The position numbers were made by a program, and so were the translations under genes. DNA of 64,000 bases from Marinosulfonomonas sp. (GTDB taxonomy: Bacteria; Pseudomonadota; Alphaproteobacteria; Rhodobacterales; Rhodobacteraceae), in contig DAOURA010000001.1 in assembly GCA_030625325.1 (NCBI GenBank), positions 1,579 to 65,578 of the forward strand, written 5' to 3'. This document shows positions 28,031-37,603 of this stretch, piece after piece. How positions within the stretch are numbered: the first letter of the stretch is position 1; the number at the start of each line of letters is the position of its first letter. Below the pieces are notes generated by a model. The model did not search any database. It was not told the DNA's origin and saw only the letters and a program-made list of their open reading frames with translations.

Positions 28031-29338
28031 TCAGGTCGCAAGGCGGAAATACTCAACCTCAAAGTTACGCTCCATGCCCGCGTTATTACAAAAGCCCATA
28101 ATCATGTTGGAGGTGCCACTAATCACGCCACCGGCAATCATTGATACACCCTGAATACCCAAGGCGTTGGCCGTGAACGAAATATCACCTTTCGCAATCA
28201 ACTGACTGCCATAAATATCCAGCAACGCCGGGAATGTCATGCTGCCCAGTGACAATAGCTGCGAACCACCATTTGGTGTGCAATTGTCATTGCGCCCAAT
28301 TTGCAATTCAGCCGCCGAGTGTATTGAATCCGACCCGGGATTAGATGTGGCAATTATCACATTGTCCAGAGTAACCAGCGCGCCCAGTTCAACCCGACAG
28401 TTGGTCACGATAACCACATCGCGAAAAACGTTATTGGCCAGCATACGCAGCTTTTGCGCCCCAACGCAGGAAACCTTATTAATCTGGTTCTTGCTCAGAT
28501 TGGAAGGTTTTACGTTTTTCAGGGAAACAGTGTTCACAGCCGATGTATGGATGTAATCCGGGGCATATTTTGCGCCACCAGAATACAGATCAGCAATAAT
28601 ATCAGGCAGATCGTTCAGAATACGAAGCTGATACGCCCCATCGCGCAACGCCGGCGCCAAACCTGGGCTGGACGACAGATCACCACCGGGGGTAATCACA
28701 TCGTTCTTGTCCGGCATGGAAACAACGGTGTTATCCTCAAATACATTGTCGTTGTTCATTTCAACATGGCTGTTGGAATGAATGCAAAACCCTGCGGTAA
28801 AGGTATTGTTGGACTGCATATCCACCAAATCATCCGCAACAAAACCTTCGCGGAAACAGGTCGGGATATAGGTTTCAAACACGGACCCCGTGCGCACATC
28901 CCAACTGCCGATACCCGCGAATTTCAGGAAATATGTGCCAACGCTGTTGTTTTTTGCGGCCAGCCGGGAAATGTCAACAAAAACACCATCATCGGAATTG
29001 GCATCAAGCTGAAAGTCCTGATCAACCGGGTCCCAATAGCCAAATTTGATATCCTGCGCCGTCAGAAGTGACCCGTATTTGGCTGATGGCAGGTTAACGT
29101 TTGCCACATCAAGGGCCGCCTGTTTGGCAACATCGGCAGTTTCCCATTCGCGCGTGTACAGTGCTGCGTGGGCGGCAACATCGCCGGCCACCTGCAACTG
29201 GGTGCGCACCATCATGGCATGGGCAACGTCAATGGCCAGACCGCCAATCACGATTGAAGAAATCGTCATGAACAGGCCAAGGGCGGTGATCGCACCGTCT
29301 TCCTGTTTCGCAAATTTGCGTGTTATTTCATGTGTCAT
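28031..29338 (-). CDS. TadG-like (Flp pilus-assembly TadE/G family) protein
   Basis: The N-terminus QEDGAITALGLFMTISSIVIGGLAIDVAHAMMVRTQLQVAGDVAAHAA is the Tad pseudopilin-like hydrophobic segment. The C-terminal region is long and Asn/Gly/Ser-rich. Confidence 0.65.
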   Translation of the reverse strand: MTHEITRKFAKQEDGAITALGLFMTISSIVIGGLAIDVAHAMMVRTQLQVAGDVAAHAALYTREWETADVAKQAALDVANVNLPSAKYGSLLTAQDIKFGYWDPVDQDFQLDANSDDGVFVDISRLAAKNNSVGTYFLKFAGIGSWDVRTGSVFETYIPTCFREGFVADDLVDMQSNNTFTAGFCIHSNSHVEMNNDNVFEDNTVVSMPDKNDVITPGGDLSSSPGLAPALRDGAYQLRILNDLPDIIADLYSGGAKYAPDYIHTSAVNTVSLKNVKPSNLSKNQINKVSCVGAQKLRMLANNVFRDVVIVTNCRVELGALVTLDNVIIATSNPGSDSIHSAAELQIGRNDNCTPNGGSQLLSLGSMTFPALLDIYGSQLIAKGDISFTANALGIQGVSMIAGGVISGTSNMIMGFCNNAGMERNFEVEYFRLAT

Positions 29339-29358
29339 GCTGTGCTCCGCTTTTCGGA

Positions 29359-29763
29359 TCAGAATTCGATGAATTGCTGGGATGTCACCGCCAGGGTGAT
29401 TGAATTCAGCGCGCCAAACATACCCAAAGCCTCAAGGTCGGTCGCGGGAACCATCGCAGTTGTGGTGGCAACACCGGCAACGATGTTCGTAGAAACTGTT
29501 GCGTTCGGGCTTAGCTGTGCCAGCCGTGCAACGACCCAGTCTTCCGTTTCAACTGTTGTTTCAAGGCGTCCAACGGACAGGTTGCGATTGGCATCCTGAA
29601 CAATGCGCAAAACACGCGAATGACCATTAAAGATCATTGCGGCATCTGTCATCAATCCGAAAAGGGCAAAAAATATGGGCAACCACAACACGGCCTCAAC
29701 CGTAGCGGTCCCATCGTCTTTCTTATAAAAGCGGCGCAGGCCGCGTGGCAGCAAACTGGACAT
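29359..29763 (-). CDS. TadE-like pseudopilin family protein
   Basis: DDGTATVEAVLWLPIFFALFGLMTDAAMIF is the TadE motif (G..(A/T)VE followed by a TM helix). Confidence 0.72.
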   Translation of the reverse strand: MSSLLPRGLRRFYKKDDGTATVEAVLWLPIFFALFGLMTDAAMIFNGHSRVLRIVQDANRNLSVGRLETTVETEDWVVARLAQLSPNATVSTNIVAGVATTTAMVPATDLEALGMFGALNSITLAVTSQQFIEF

Positions 29764-29952
29764 CCCAGGATCTCCTAAACAATTATCCTCCCGTAGAACT
29801 GCAAACAGACGCAGGGCCGGGAACAGGGTTAATTTCTGGGTGAAATAGGGCTGAAATAAGGCGCAAATTTAGCATCTCAGCCGCAGAGTGAAGTCTGAGC
29901 GGATACCTGCCCAACTATGCCTTAAATTAAGGATAAATAAGCGTTTTCTTGC

Positions 29953-29982
29953 GTACCGGGGCCAAAATCAGGGCCCCGGTAC
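29953..29982 (-). terminator. terminator-like hairpin downstream of the dehydrogenase gene
   Basis: A perfect 11-bp stem (GTACCGGGGCC 29953-29963 / GGCCCCGGTAC 29972-29982) is present. No clear U-tract follows on either strand. Confidence 0.45.
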
Positions 29983-29990
29983 AGAAACAA

Positions 29991-31421
29991 TCAAAGACCT
30001 TTGGCTTTATAGCTGGCGGCAACCCGCCCAATGGCAACCAGATAGGCGGACACCCGCAGGTCATCCACGTCATCACGGCTGTGCCAAACTTCGCGCATCG
30101 ACTGATAAGCCGCGCGCATTGTGTCATCCAGCCCCGAACGCACCAGTTCCAGTTCGTCCGCACCACGCAGGTATTTTTCCTTGAAATCCGGCGACAGGGT
30201 CCAGCCGGTGCCACTGCTGGCGGACAGGCGTTCCAACTCGTCCACCACCAATTGGTGGCGCGCTTCTTCCTGACGGCGCTGCATCCGGCCAAAGCGGATG
30301 TGGCTCAGGTTTTTCACCCACTCGAAATAGGACACCGTCACACCGCCACCGTTGGCAAACATATCAGGTATGATAACCACGCCCTTTTCACGCAGGACAT
30401 CATCGGCCCCGGCTGTCACCGGGCCATTTGCGGCCTCAATAATCAGGGACGCCTTGATTTTGGCGGCATTTGTCAGGTTGATCACCCCTTCCATTGCGGC
30501 CGGGATCAGGATGTCACAGTCATTTTCCAACACCTTGGCCCCGTCTGCCACGTGGGTTGCATCAGCATAGCCGGTTACACCACCATGCTTGGCGATCCAG
30601 TGGTGCACTGCTTCCACATCCAGCCCCCTTTCGTCCACCAATGCACCGTCACGTTCGATAATGGCGGTGATTTTGCAGCCATCTTCAGCGGACAAAAAGC
30701 TGGCGGCGTGATAGCCCACGTTACCAAGCCCCTGTACGATCACCCGCTTACCATCCAGCGACCCGCTCAGCCCGGATTTGGCCACGTCTTCGGGGTGGCG
30801 GAAATATTCCTGCAATGCGTATTGTACGCCGCGACCTGTGGCCTCAACCCGGCCCGCGATCCCGCCGGCATGGGGTGGTTTGCCGGTGACACAGGCGCGC
30901 GCATTGATGTCGGTGGTGTTCATCCGCGCGTATTGGTCCGCAATCCACGCCATTTCACGTTCGCCCGTACCCATATCGGGGGCCGGAACGTTCTGGCTGG
31001 GGTTGATCAGGTCGCGCTTGATCAGCTCATAGGCAAAGCGCCGGGTGATCAGCTCCATCTCATGTTCGTCGTATTGGCCCGGGTCAACACAAAGCCCGCC
31101 CTTTGAGCCACCAAACGGTGCCTCAACCAGTGCGCATTTATAGGTCATCAGGGCGGCAAGGGCCTCGACCTCATCCTGATTGACCCCCAGTGAAAAACGA
31201 ATGCCGCCCTTGACCGGTTCCATATGTTCGGAATGCACAGAACGGTACCCAACAAATGTTTCGATCTGGCCACGCAGGCGCACCCCGAAACGCACCTTAT
31301 AGGTGGCGTTACAAACCCGAATTTTTTCTTCCAGCCCTGGCGGCAAGTCCATCAGGGCGACCGCCCGGTTAAACATCAGGTCAACGGATTGACGAAAGCT
31401 GGGTTCATTTCCGGGCTGCAT
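29991..31421 (-). CDS. Glu/Leu/Phe/Val-family amino-acid dehydrogenase (glutamate dehydrogenase-like)
   Basis: The catalytic Lys box PFGGSKGG and the NAD(P) Rossmann motif VIVQGLGNVGYH are present. Length is 476 aa. Confidence 0.88.
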   Translation of the reverse strand: MQPGNEPSFRQSVDLMFNRAVALMDLPPGLEEKIRVCNATYKVRFGVRLRGQIETFVGYRSVHSEHMEPVKGGIRFSLGVNQDEVEALAALMTYKCALVEAPFGGSKGGLCVDPGQYDEHEMELITRRFAYELIKRDLINPSQNVPAPDMGTGEREMAWIADQYARMNTTDINARACVTGKPPHAGGIAGRVEATGRGVQYALQEYFRHPEDVAKSGLSGSLDGKRVIVQGLGNVGYHAASFLSAEDGCKITAIIERDGALVDERGLDVEAVHHWIAKHGGVTGYADATHVADGAKVLENDCDILIPAAMEGVINLTNAAKIKASLIIEAANGPVTAGADDVLREKGVVIIPDMFANGGGVTVSYFEWVKNLSHIRFGRMQRRQEEARHQLVVDELERLSASSGTGWTLSPDFKEKYLRGADELELVRSGLDDTMRAAYQSMREVWHSRDDVDDLRVSAYLVAIGRVAASYKAKGL

Positions 31422-31559
31422 TCATAAATTCCTTTTGTGCAAAGCGAATCACATCGCTCATTTGAACATCCTTGCAGAATATTGGTTAAGCCACCGCTTG
31501 GAAGGACTGATTTCCAAAAGCCCCCTGGCATCGGTCAACTTTCATGGCGGAGTTGTGAA

Positions 31560-32039
31560 TTAAGCCTGGTCGTTACGCCCGGCAATTCGCAGGGCGATCA
31601 GTTCCGCCATAAATTTTGCCTCACCCGCCGGGGTGATCCCACCAACGCCAATTCTGCGCCCCATGCGCCACCACAGCCCCGGTGCCCAGACACGGGGCTG
31701 GGGGGCGCGCGTTTTAATCAAAAATCCGTTGGATGGCTTAAAGGCAAAAGTCCCCCGGTCAATCCCGACGACATCTGCAATTTTGCAAATCTCGCGCCCC
31801 GAGCTGTCAATAATCCTGTCCTCAGTCATCTGAATATTCAACGCACTGGCCCGGCGTAATTTTTCCGCCAGAAAAATAGCCCCAAGCCCCAACCCCAGCA
31901 AAAAGATCCGCCAAAAGGGTGATGCAGGGGGCGTGGCGAAACTGATATAAAGCAGGATCAGCCCCAGTGACAGGATGATCCCAAAGGACACAACCCGGCG
32001 GGCGGGGGACGGGTTTATCGTTGCAACGGGGGTTTGCAT
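31560..32039 (-). CDS. membrane protein, hypothetical (two TM helices plus a soluble C-terminal domain)
   Basis: Hydrophobic segments VVSFGIILSLGLILLYISF and WRIFLLGLGLGAIFLA are present. No catalytic motif was recognised. Confidence 0.5.
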   Translation of the reverse strand: MQTPVATINPSPARRVVSFGIILSLGLILLYISFATPPASPFWRIFLLGLGLGAIFLAEKLRRASALNIQMTEDRIIDSSGREICKIADVVGIDRGTFAFKPSNGFLIKTRAPQPRVWAPGLWWRMGRRIGVGGITPAGEAKFMAELIALRIAGRNDQA

Positions 32040-32060
32040 GCAATCCTCTTGCGGGTCGGG

Positions 32061-32648
32061 CTAGGCACCAACTGCGCGCCGCACCATGTTCCAGTATATG
32101 CGTTCAACCCGTTCACGGGTCAGGCGTCCGCCTTCCTGATACCAGGTATCCACCCCTGTCAACATGGCAATGATCGCCATGGTGGCCAATTTGTTGTCCG
32201 GCACACGAAAATCCCCGGACTTATGCCCCCGCTCCAGTATTTGTTCCAACTGGTCCTCATAGGCATGGCGCAGTTTTTCGATCACGGCGAAATTTTCGGG
32301 GGTAAGGTTTCGCAGCTCCATATAGGCGATGAAAACCTCATCCGGGCGATCAATATGATAACGCAGGTGAAATTTGCAAAATGCCTCCAACTGCCCCACC
32401 GGGGTCTGGGCGGATGTTTCGCCCCCATAGGCATCCAACAGGTCCTGCAGGTGATCACGCATCAAGTCAAACAGCAGGGTTTGCTTGTCCGGGGTGTACA
32501 GATACAAGGCCCCCGCCTGAACCCCGACCTCGGCTGCGATCTGGCGCATCGACACCGCCGCATAGCCATGGCGCGCAAACAGCTGTAACGCAGCGCGGCG
32601 CACCCGCGGGCCGGTAATGTCAGAATGTGAACCTGTTTTTCGTGCCAT
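32061..32648 (-). CDS. TetR/AcrR family transcriptional regulator
   Basis: The N-terminal HTH reads RRAALQLFARHGYAAVSMRQIAAEVGVQAGALYLYTPDKQTLL. Confidence 0.85.
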   Translation of the reverse strand: MARKTGSHSDITGPRVRRAALQLFARHGYAAVSMRQIAAEVGVQAGALYLYTPDKQTLLFDLMRDHLQDLLDAYGGETSAQTPVGQLEAFCKFHLRYHIDRPDEVFIAYMELRNLTPENFAVIEKLRHAYEDQLEQILERGHKSGDFRVPDNKLATMAIIAMLTGVDTWYQEGGRLTRERVERIYWNMVRRAVGA

Positions 32649-32661
32649 GTATCCTGCTTAT

Positions 32662-32677
32662 ATGAACGGACGTTCAT
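32662..32677. promoter_or_regulatory. candidate TetR operator palindrome
   Basis: ATGAACG-GA-CGTTCAT has perfect 7-bp arms. It lies 14 nt upstream of the tetR start codon, in the divergent spacer. Confidence 0.5.
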
Positions 32678-32745
32678 TTCATAGCCTTTGCTTGCGCCCC
32701 CCCACCCCCAGCCGATATGAAAGGCACATCATTGCCGGGGAAGAC

Positions 32746-33057
32746 ATGCCGCGTTTATTGCTATTGTTACTTATCGCCACCGGCCTGCTGATGTCGTGTG
32801 TGGAATTTCCTGATCTGGATCGGGCAATTTCACCCGGTGCGCGCAACGCTGATTTCCCGACAATCATTCCAACGGACACGCTGTTTGACGGGGTTTCGTT
32901 TGATCCTAATATGTCAGCCGCCGTTGCCAGGCCGTTACAGGCACAGGCAAACCACCTGCGACGGCGCGCCCGCGCCTTGCGCGCGCCTGTGATTGACCGG
33001 GCCACATTAACGAAACTGAACCGGGCATTGCGCAATAATGAACGCCGGTTACGATAG
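32746..33057 (+). CDS. small lipoprotein, hypothetical
   Basis: MPRLLLLLLIATGLLMSC is a signal peptide with a lipobox. The start was moved from 32617. Confidence 0.5.
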   Translation: MPRLLLLLLIATGLLMSCVEFPDLDRAISPGARNADFPTIIPTDTLFDGVSFDPNMSAAVARPLQAQANHLRRRARALRAPVIDRATLTKLNRALRNNERRLR

Positions 33058-33134
33058 TTGGCCCAACGCCATATTGCCCCGCTGCCCAGAACTGGGTAGA
33101 GACCCAACAACAGTTTAATTCGGAGTACCACCAG

Positions 33135-34421
33135 ATGGCTAAACCCCTACGTCTTGGAATTGCCGGGCTTGGCACGGTGGGAACCGGTCTCGTGAAAATT
33201 GTTCAGCGCCACGCCGACCTTCTGGCCGCCCGCACCGGGCGCGCGGTGGTGATTTCTGCCGTTTCTGCCCGCTCGCGTGACAAGGACCGCGGCGTGCGTC
33301 TGGGCGGATATGCCTGGGAAGACGACCCGGTTGCCCTGGCGCAGCGCGACGATGTTGATGTTTTTGTTGAATTGATGGGCGGCGCAGACGGCCCGGCCCT
33401 AACCGCCACGCAGGCGGCGATTGCGGCGGGCAAAGACGTGGTAACGGCCAATAAGGCAATGCTGGCGCTGCATGGCAACGAACTGGCCAGTGCCGCCGAG
33501 GCCGCCGATCTGGTTATCCGCTTTGAGGCCGCCGTTGCCGGGGGCATCCCGGTTGTCAAAGCCCTAAGCGAAGGGCTGGCCGCGAATGAGATCGCCCGGA
33601 TCATGGGGGTGATGAATGGCACCTGCAATTTCATCCTGACCAAAATGGAAGCCGAGAACCTGACCTATGATGCGGTTTTCGCCGAGGCAGACAGCCTTGG
33701 CTATCTGGAAGCCGACCCGACACTGGATGTCGGGGGGATTGACGCGGGGCACAAACTGTCACTGCTGGCGTCGATAGCCTTTGGCACAAAGGTTGATTTT
33801 GACGCCGTTCGTCTGGAAGGCATCGAAAAGATCACCATCGAAGACATCGAACAGGCGGCCGATATGGGCTATCGCATCAAATTGCTGGGGGTTGCACAGA
33901 TGTCAGGGCGTGGGCTGGAACAGCGCATGTCGCCCTGCCTTGTGCCCGCCAGCAGCCCATTGGGCCAGTTGGAAGGCGCAACAAATATGGTGGTTCTGAA
34001 CGGCGACGCCGTGGGGCAGATTGTGTTGCGCGGCGCCGGTGCCGGTGAAGGCCCAACCGCCAGCGCCGTGATGGCCGACGTGATGGATATTGCACGCGGC
34101 ATTCGGGTTTCCACCTTTGGGCAACCCGCCGCCAGCCTGACACAGGCCAAAACCGCAGGGTCCAACGTGCCTGCCCCCTATTACCTGCGCATGCAGCTAA
34201 AGGACAAACCCGGCGCACTGGCCAAGATTGCAACGGTGCTGGGGGATAGCGGAATTTCTATTGATCGGATGCGTCAGTACAGCCACAGCGACCCAACCGC
34301 ACCGGTATTGATTGTCACCCATAAAACCAGCCGCCCGGCCCTGGGCGAAGCGATTGCCGCGATGGCCGCAACCGGGGTTTTGGCGGGGGAGCCAGTAGCG
34401 TTGCGCATCGAAGAAGTCTGA
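33135..34421 (+). CDS. hom: homoserine dehydrogenase
   Basis: LRLGIAGLGTVGTG is the NAD motif. The catalytic domain and a C-terminal ACT domain are present. Length is 428 aa. Confidence 0.93.
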   Translation: MAKPLRLGIAGLGTVGTGLVKIVQRHADLLAARTGRAVVISAVSARSRDKDRGVRLGGYAWEDDPVALAQRDDVDVFVELMGGADGPALTATQAAIAAGKDVVTANKAMLALHGNELASAAEAADLVIRFEAAVAGGIPVVKALSEGLAANEIARIMGVMNGTCNFILTKMEAENLTYDAVFAEADSLGYLEADPTLDVGGIDAGHKLSLLASIAFGTKVDFDAVRLEGIEKITIEDIEQAADMGYRIKLLGVAQMSGRGLEQRMSPCLVPASSPLGQLEGATNMVVLNGDAVGQIVLRGAGAGEGPTASAVMADVMDIARGIRVSTFGQPAASLTQAKTAGSNVPAPYYLRMQLKDKPGALAKIATVLGDSGISIDRMRQYSHSDPTAPVLIVTHKTSRPALGEAIAAMAATGVLAGEPVALRIEEV

Positions 34422-34436
34422 CGACACGCCCCAATA

Positions 34437-34514
34437 GCGCGCCTGACGGCGCATTTTTATAAGCCCTTCGGGCGATTACGCTCCGCGCGGGGATATTTGG
34501 CGAAAAAGAAGCGG
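34437..34514. repeat. intergenic repeat element, full-length copy C (left edge of the glycan island)
   Basis: GCGCGCCTGACGGCGCATTTTTATAAGCCCTTCGGGCGATTACGCTCCGCGCGGGGATATTTGGCGAAAAAGAAGCGG aligns with 22741-22816. Confidence 0.7.
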
Positions 34515-34524
34515 TTAGCGTATT

Positions 34525-35832
34525 TCACCATAACGGGCCAAAAGCGCGGAACTGTATTGCTTCAAGTATGACGGCATTCGTATTCAGGGTGTAGACTTTG
34601 TTTGTTTCCTGACTGTCTTCATATATTCCAGCGGGCCAGCCATCTGTGGCTGAACCGAGGGGGGCGATATAGTCCATCAGGTCCGATGTGTATTTCGTAT
34701 CAAAGATAGCATCCCAAGCGAAAACTGCCTTTAGGCTAAGGGTGCGTTTGTCGGGGTGCGCCTCTCCGCTTTCGGCAAGTACGGCCCATTCAACGCCATC
34801 ACTATAAACCGAAGAATACAAAAAATATGGTGGTTGGTCGATGTGATCTTCTGAAACCATCGTCGGAATGCCAGTCCGCTTGAAGCGCGCTTCCTGTGCC
34901 AAGTATATATGTTCGGCCAGTATGCGGCTTTCACTATCAAACCCATATTCCAGCCCCTGAAGAATATAAGGTTCACTGAGCGTGGGGGAAATTGCCTGAA
35001 AGGACGCAGATTGTCGCAAATCAATGGGGATTTCCACGCCTTCAACAGTTTCCCATTCCATGATGCGGCGGGCGGAAAAGGCAAGGCCAACATCCATTCC
35101 CCACATGGCAGCGGCGCGGGCACCGTATTGTTCATATCCGATCCGCCCTTCCTGACGTGATACCAGTACGCCGCCTTCACGGTTTGTACCGATCAGGTCC
35201 CCCCGGTGGGCCATTGCACCAAGGTCCCATTTATTGACAACACTTCGAATATTATCGCCGTACTGGGGCGCATGCCGTTCCAGCACCCGGAATGACAACA
35301 GCATTCTGGAAACATCCAGCGCCGACCACCCTATACCATTTTCTTCGATCCCATTTTCGTAATTCACCATTGCAAGGGATTGGGTATTATAGACCTTATT
35401 AGGCAACTGACCATCCACCAGATCAAGCAATAAAAATGATTGTAAAAGCCTGGATACCCTTTCATCAAAGCCCTGTTCATCAAGAATTTTCAGCCTGTAT
35501 GCAGACACAAGCGCCATCAGGTAAGAACCCTGATCCCACAAGGTGCTTGATGCAATGCCGGCGACCGCGTTGGCCAGGCCGGTTTCAGGGTTGGTATTAT
35601 CTTTGAAATACGCCCAGGCAATTTGCGCCGCCTGCCGGTCCGCCTTGGACAGGGGGCGTTCACCGGGCACCTCAAGCAATAATGGCTGGGTAAGGTTGAT
35701 GCGCTCTGTGTCTGAAACCGAAACCAATCGGGCCGCACCATCCAGATAAATTGCGGCACCAATTGCGATAAGCAATCCGGCGATGAAAAACAGCGGTGAC
35801 CTGGAGGTCGGAATATTATGCGTTTTGGGCAT
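34525..35832 (-). CDS. membrane-anchored periplasmic protein, DUF3131-like (paralogue A)
   Basis: An N-terminal TM anchor (LFFIAGLLIAIGAAIY) is present. The blocks ETGLANAV, LPNKVY, QEGRIGYEQY, LQGLEYGFD, YFLYSSVYSDG and NTNAVILEA are shared with 40420-42108. The family name is from memory and was not verified. Confidence 0.7.
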   Translation of the reverse strand: MPKTHNIPTSRSPLFFIAGLLIAIGAAIYLDGAARLVSVSDTERINLTQPLLLEVPGERPLSKADRQAAQIAWAYFKDNTNPETGLANAVAGIASSTLWDQGSYLMALVSAYRLKILDEQGFDERVSRLLQSFLLLDLVDGQLPNKVYNTQSLAMVNYENGIEENGIGWSALDVSRMLLSFRVLERHAPQYGDNIRSVVNKWDLGAMAHRGDLIGTNREGGVLVSRQEGRIGYEQYGARAAAMWGMDVGLAFSARRIMEWETVEGVEIPIDLRQSASFQAISPTLSEPYILQGLEYGFDSESRILAEHIYLAQEARFKRTGIPTMVSEDHIDQPPYFLYSSVYSDGVEWAVLAESGEAHPDKRTLSLKAVFAWDAIFDTKYTSDLMDYIAPLGSATDGWPAGIYEDSQETNKVYTLNTNAVILEAIQFRAFGPLW

Positions 35833-37603
35833 TTAACAGGCCTCCGGCTGGTGGTTTTTTTCGTTTGTTCATGTGGGGGCCCGGGGGGGTCCATAAACTC
35901 ATCCTGATGATTTTCACAAAGGAAAGCCCGCCCCAGAAAATCCAGAATAAATTAACAACCAAAAGGGAACTGCTATAGCCTTTGATGTGTAACATTGTTG
36001 AAAATACCCCCCAAATCACCGCAACCAAAAACAGCAACAGCACCATGATGGCCGGTATCGCATAACGCATTCTTTGCGTTGCAAATAACGTTTTTGGGGT
36101 GGTCGGAAACCCCAGTTTTTTTTGGCGAAGAACCTGGAAAAGCCCTTTGATTTGCAATGGGATGGTCGCAATGGCCATCACCCGGCCAGCATGGGTACTG
36201 TAGCCCTTGCAGGCAACATGCATGGCCAGTTCGTTCACCAGCAATGCAGGCAATAAATGCACAAAAAATTCAAGCGAGAACGCCTTAACCGGCGACAGGG
36301 CCGTAAACAGGGAAACCACGGGCGCAAACAACAAAACCGGCATCCAAAGCACAGCAAGGTATGACCAGAATGTTGCGCCATAGTGCAGTTTGGTTGCCGC
36401 CGGTATGCCCCCCATCAATAACGGGTTGGCCCTGAGCATGATATCAAAGGTTCCGCCAGCATATTTCAACCGCTGGGTAGACCAGGCCTGCATGGTCATG
36501 GGCGAAAGCATCCGGGCCTCAATATCCGGGTGAAATACCGATTTCCACCCGCGGGCCTGCATCAAAATGGATGTATAGATGTCTTCCGAAACATGGAATT
36601 TGTAAGGCTCAAGCTGAACCATGTGCAGTACAGATTTTTCGCCAATGCGCTTTTTTATTTTATGAACTTGCTGGCCTTTATAATGCAGCGCATTTGAAAA
36701 CACGGCCTCACGGCGGTGTATTGACCCCGCACCACAGCAAAACGATGCATTATTCCGGTTTCTGCGCCGTTGTATAATATCAAAAAAGATCACCGGGTCC
36801 GAAAGAAACGGATCCCGCCCTATTTTCTGTTCTCCGGTGATAAACCCCATAATTCGCACCAGATAGGGGCGAAGGGCGCCGGGAACCGGGCTTAAGACCG
36901 CCATCCAGTCCCGCCCTTGCGGGATATCATAAAACCACTGGGGGGTTTGAACCCATGCAACTTTTGGATCCCGGAAATACCCCAGAGTATTCATAAGAAA
37001 CCCTGGGAAGACACGCGTATCCGCATCGCAGATCAGAACAAAGTCACCCCTGGTCTGCATAAGTGCGCTGCAAAGATTGCCGGCTTTGTACCCGATATTA
37101 TTTTCCCGCCGCAGGTAATTAACCTGCTGCCGGTTTGCCAGGTCGCGCATGCAATCGCGGCCCCCGTCATCAAGAACATGAATACTCAGGCTGACACCGG
37201 CAGGAAGTTTCAGCGCCTTTGCATCAGTAATAGATGGCCCGACAATATCAGTGCTTTCATCGAAGGTGGTTATAAACAGGTCCACGGTGATGTTGCCATC
37301 ATCTTCAAGGTGGGCATCGCGCCGACAACCGGGCGGGGGGGCTTTGGGGGTGTCCTGTTCACGCCATATGTCATGAAAAGACAAAACCGTGCCGATGAAA
37401 GCCATAGTCTCGGCAATGGCGACACTAACTGAAAAAACCATAGCGTCCGGGTTTAACGAAGCCGTCCAGCGCCAGTGCAGATACCACAGGGCCAACCCGG
37501 CAGTCAGCCCCGCCAGCACATGCCAAAGACCGTGCCGAAATGGGGACATATAGGTGGTTGCGGGGGGGCGGACATGATCAAATGCCCTGAAGTAAGGCTT
37601 CAT
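35816..37603 (-). CDS. BcsA-like processive family-2 glycosyltransferase (membrane-embedded glycan synthase) without a PilZ domain
   Basis: The motifs are colinear with cellulose synthase: LDDGGRD, GYKAGN, CDADT, VQTPQWF, FCCGAGSIHRR, VSEDIYTS and QRLKYAGG (in place of QxxRW). Two N-terminal TM helices and several C-terminal ones are present. Confidence 0.82.
   Translation of the reverse strand: MKPYFRAFDHVRPPATTYMSPFRHGLWHVLAGLTAGLALWYLHWRWTASLNPDAMVFSVSVAIAETMAFIGTVLSFHDIWREQDTPKAPPPGCRRDAHLEDDGNITVDLFITTFDESTDIVGPSITDAKALKLPAGVSLSIHVLDDGGRDCMRDLANRQQVNYLRRENNIGYKAGNLCSALMQTRGDFVLICDADTRVFPGFLMNTLGYFRDPKVAWVQTPQWFYDIPQGRDWMAVLSPVPGALRPYLVRIMGFITGEQKIGRDPFLSDPVIFFDIIQRRRNRNNASFCCGAGSIHRREAVFSNALHYKGQQVHKIKKRIGEKSVLHMVQLEPYKFHVSEDIYTSILMQARGWKSVFHPDIEARMLSPMTMQAWSTQRLKYAGGTFDIMLRANPLLMGGIPAATKLHYGATFWSYLAVLWMPVLLFAPVVSLFTALSPVKAFSLEFFVHLLPALLVNELAMHVACKGYSTHAGRVMAIATIPLQIKGLFQVLRQKKLGFPTTPKTLFATQRMRYAIPAIMVLLLFLVAVIWGVFSTMLHIKGYSSSLLVVNLFWIFWGGLSFVKIIRMSLWTPPGPHMNKRKKPPAGGLLNAQNA

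Noticed and set aside
29949-31106. Long antisense ORFs in the track. Examples are 29949-31106 (+, 385 aa) opposite the dehydrogenase gene, 51241-52128 (-, 295 aa) opposite trpA, 13831-14634 (+, 267 aa) opposite ribD, 23720-24361 (+) opposite soxA, and 46783-47454 and 47480-48211 (-) opposite recJ.
   Set aside because: Each lies fully inside a gene with strong family motifs on the other strand. Their translations are low-complexity and rich in Arg, Pro, Gly and His, with no recognisable domains. These are typical shadow ORFs of G+C-rich DNA.
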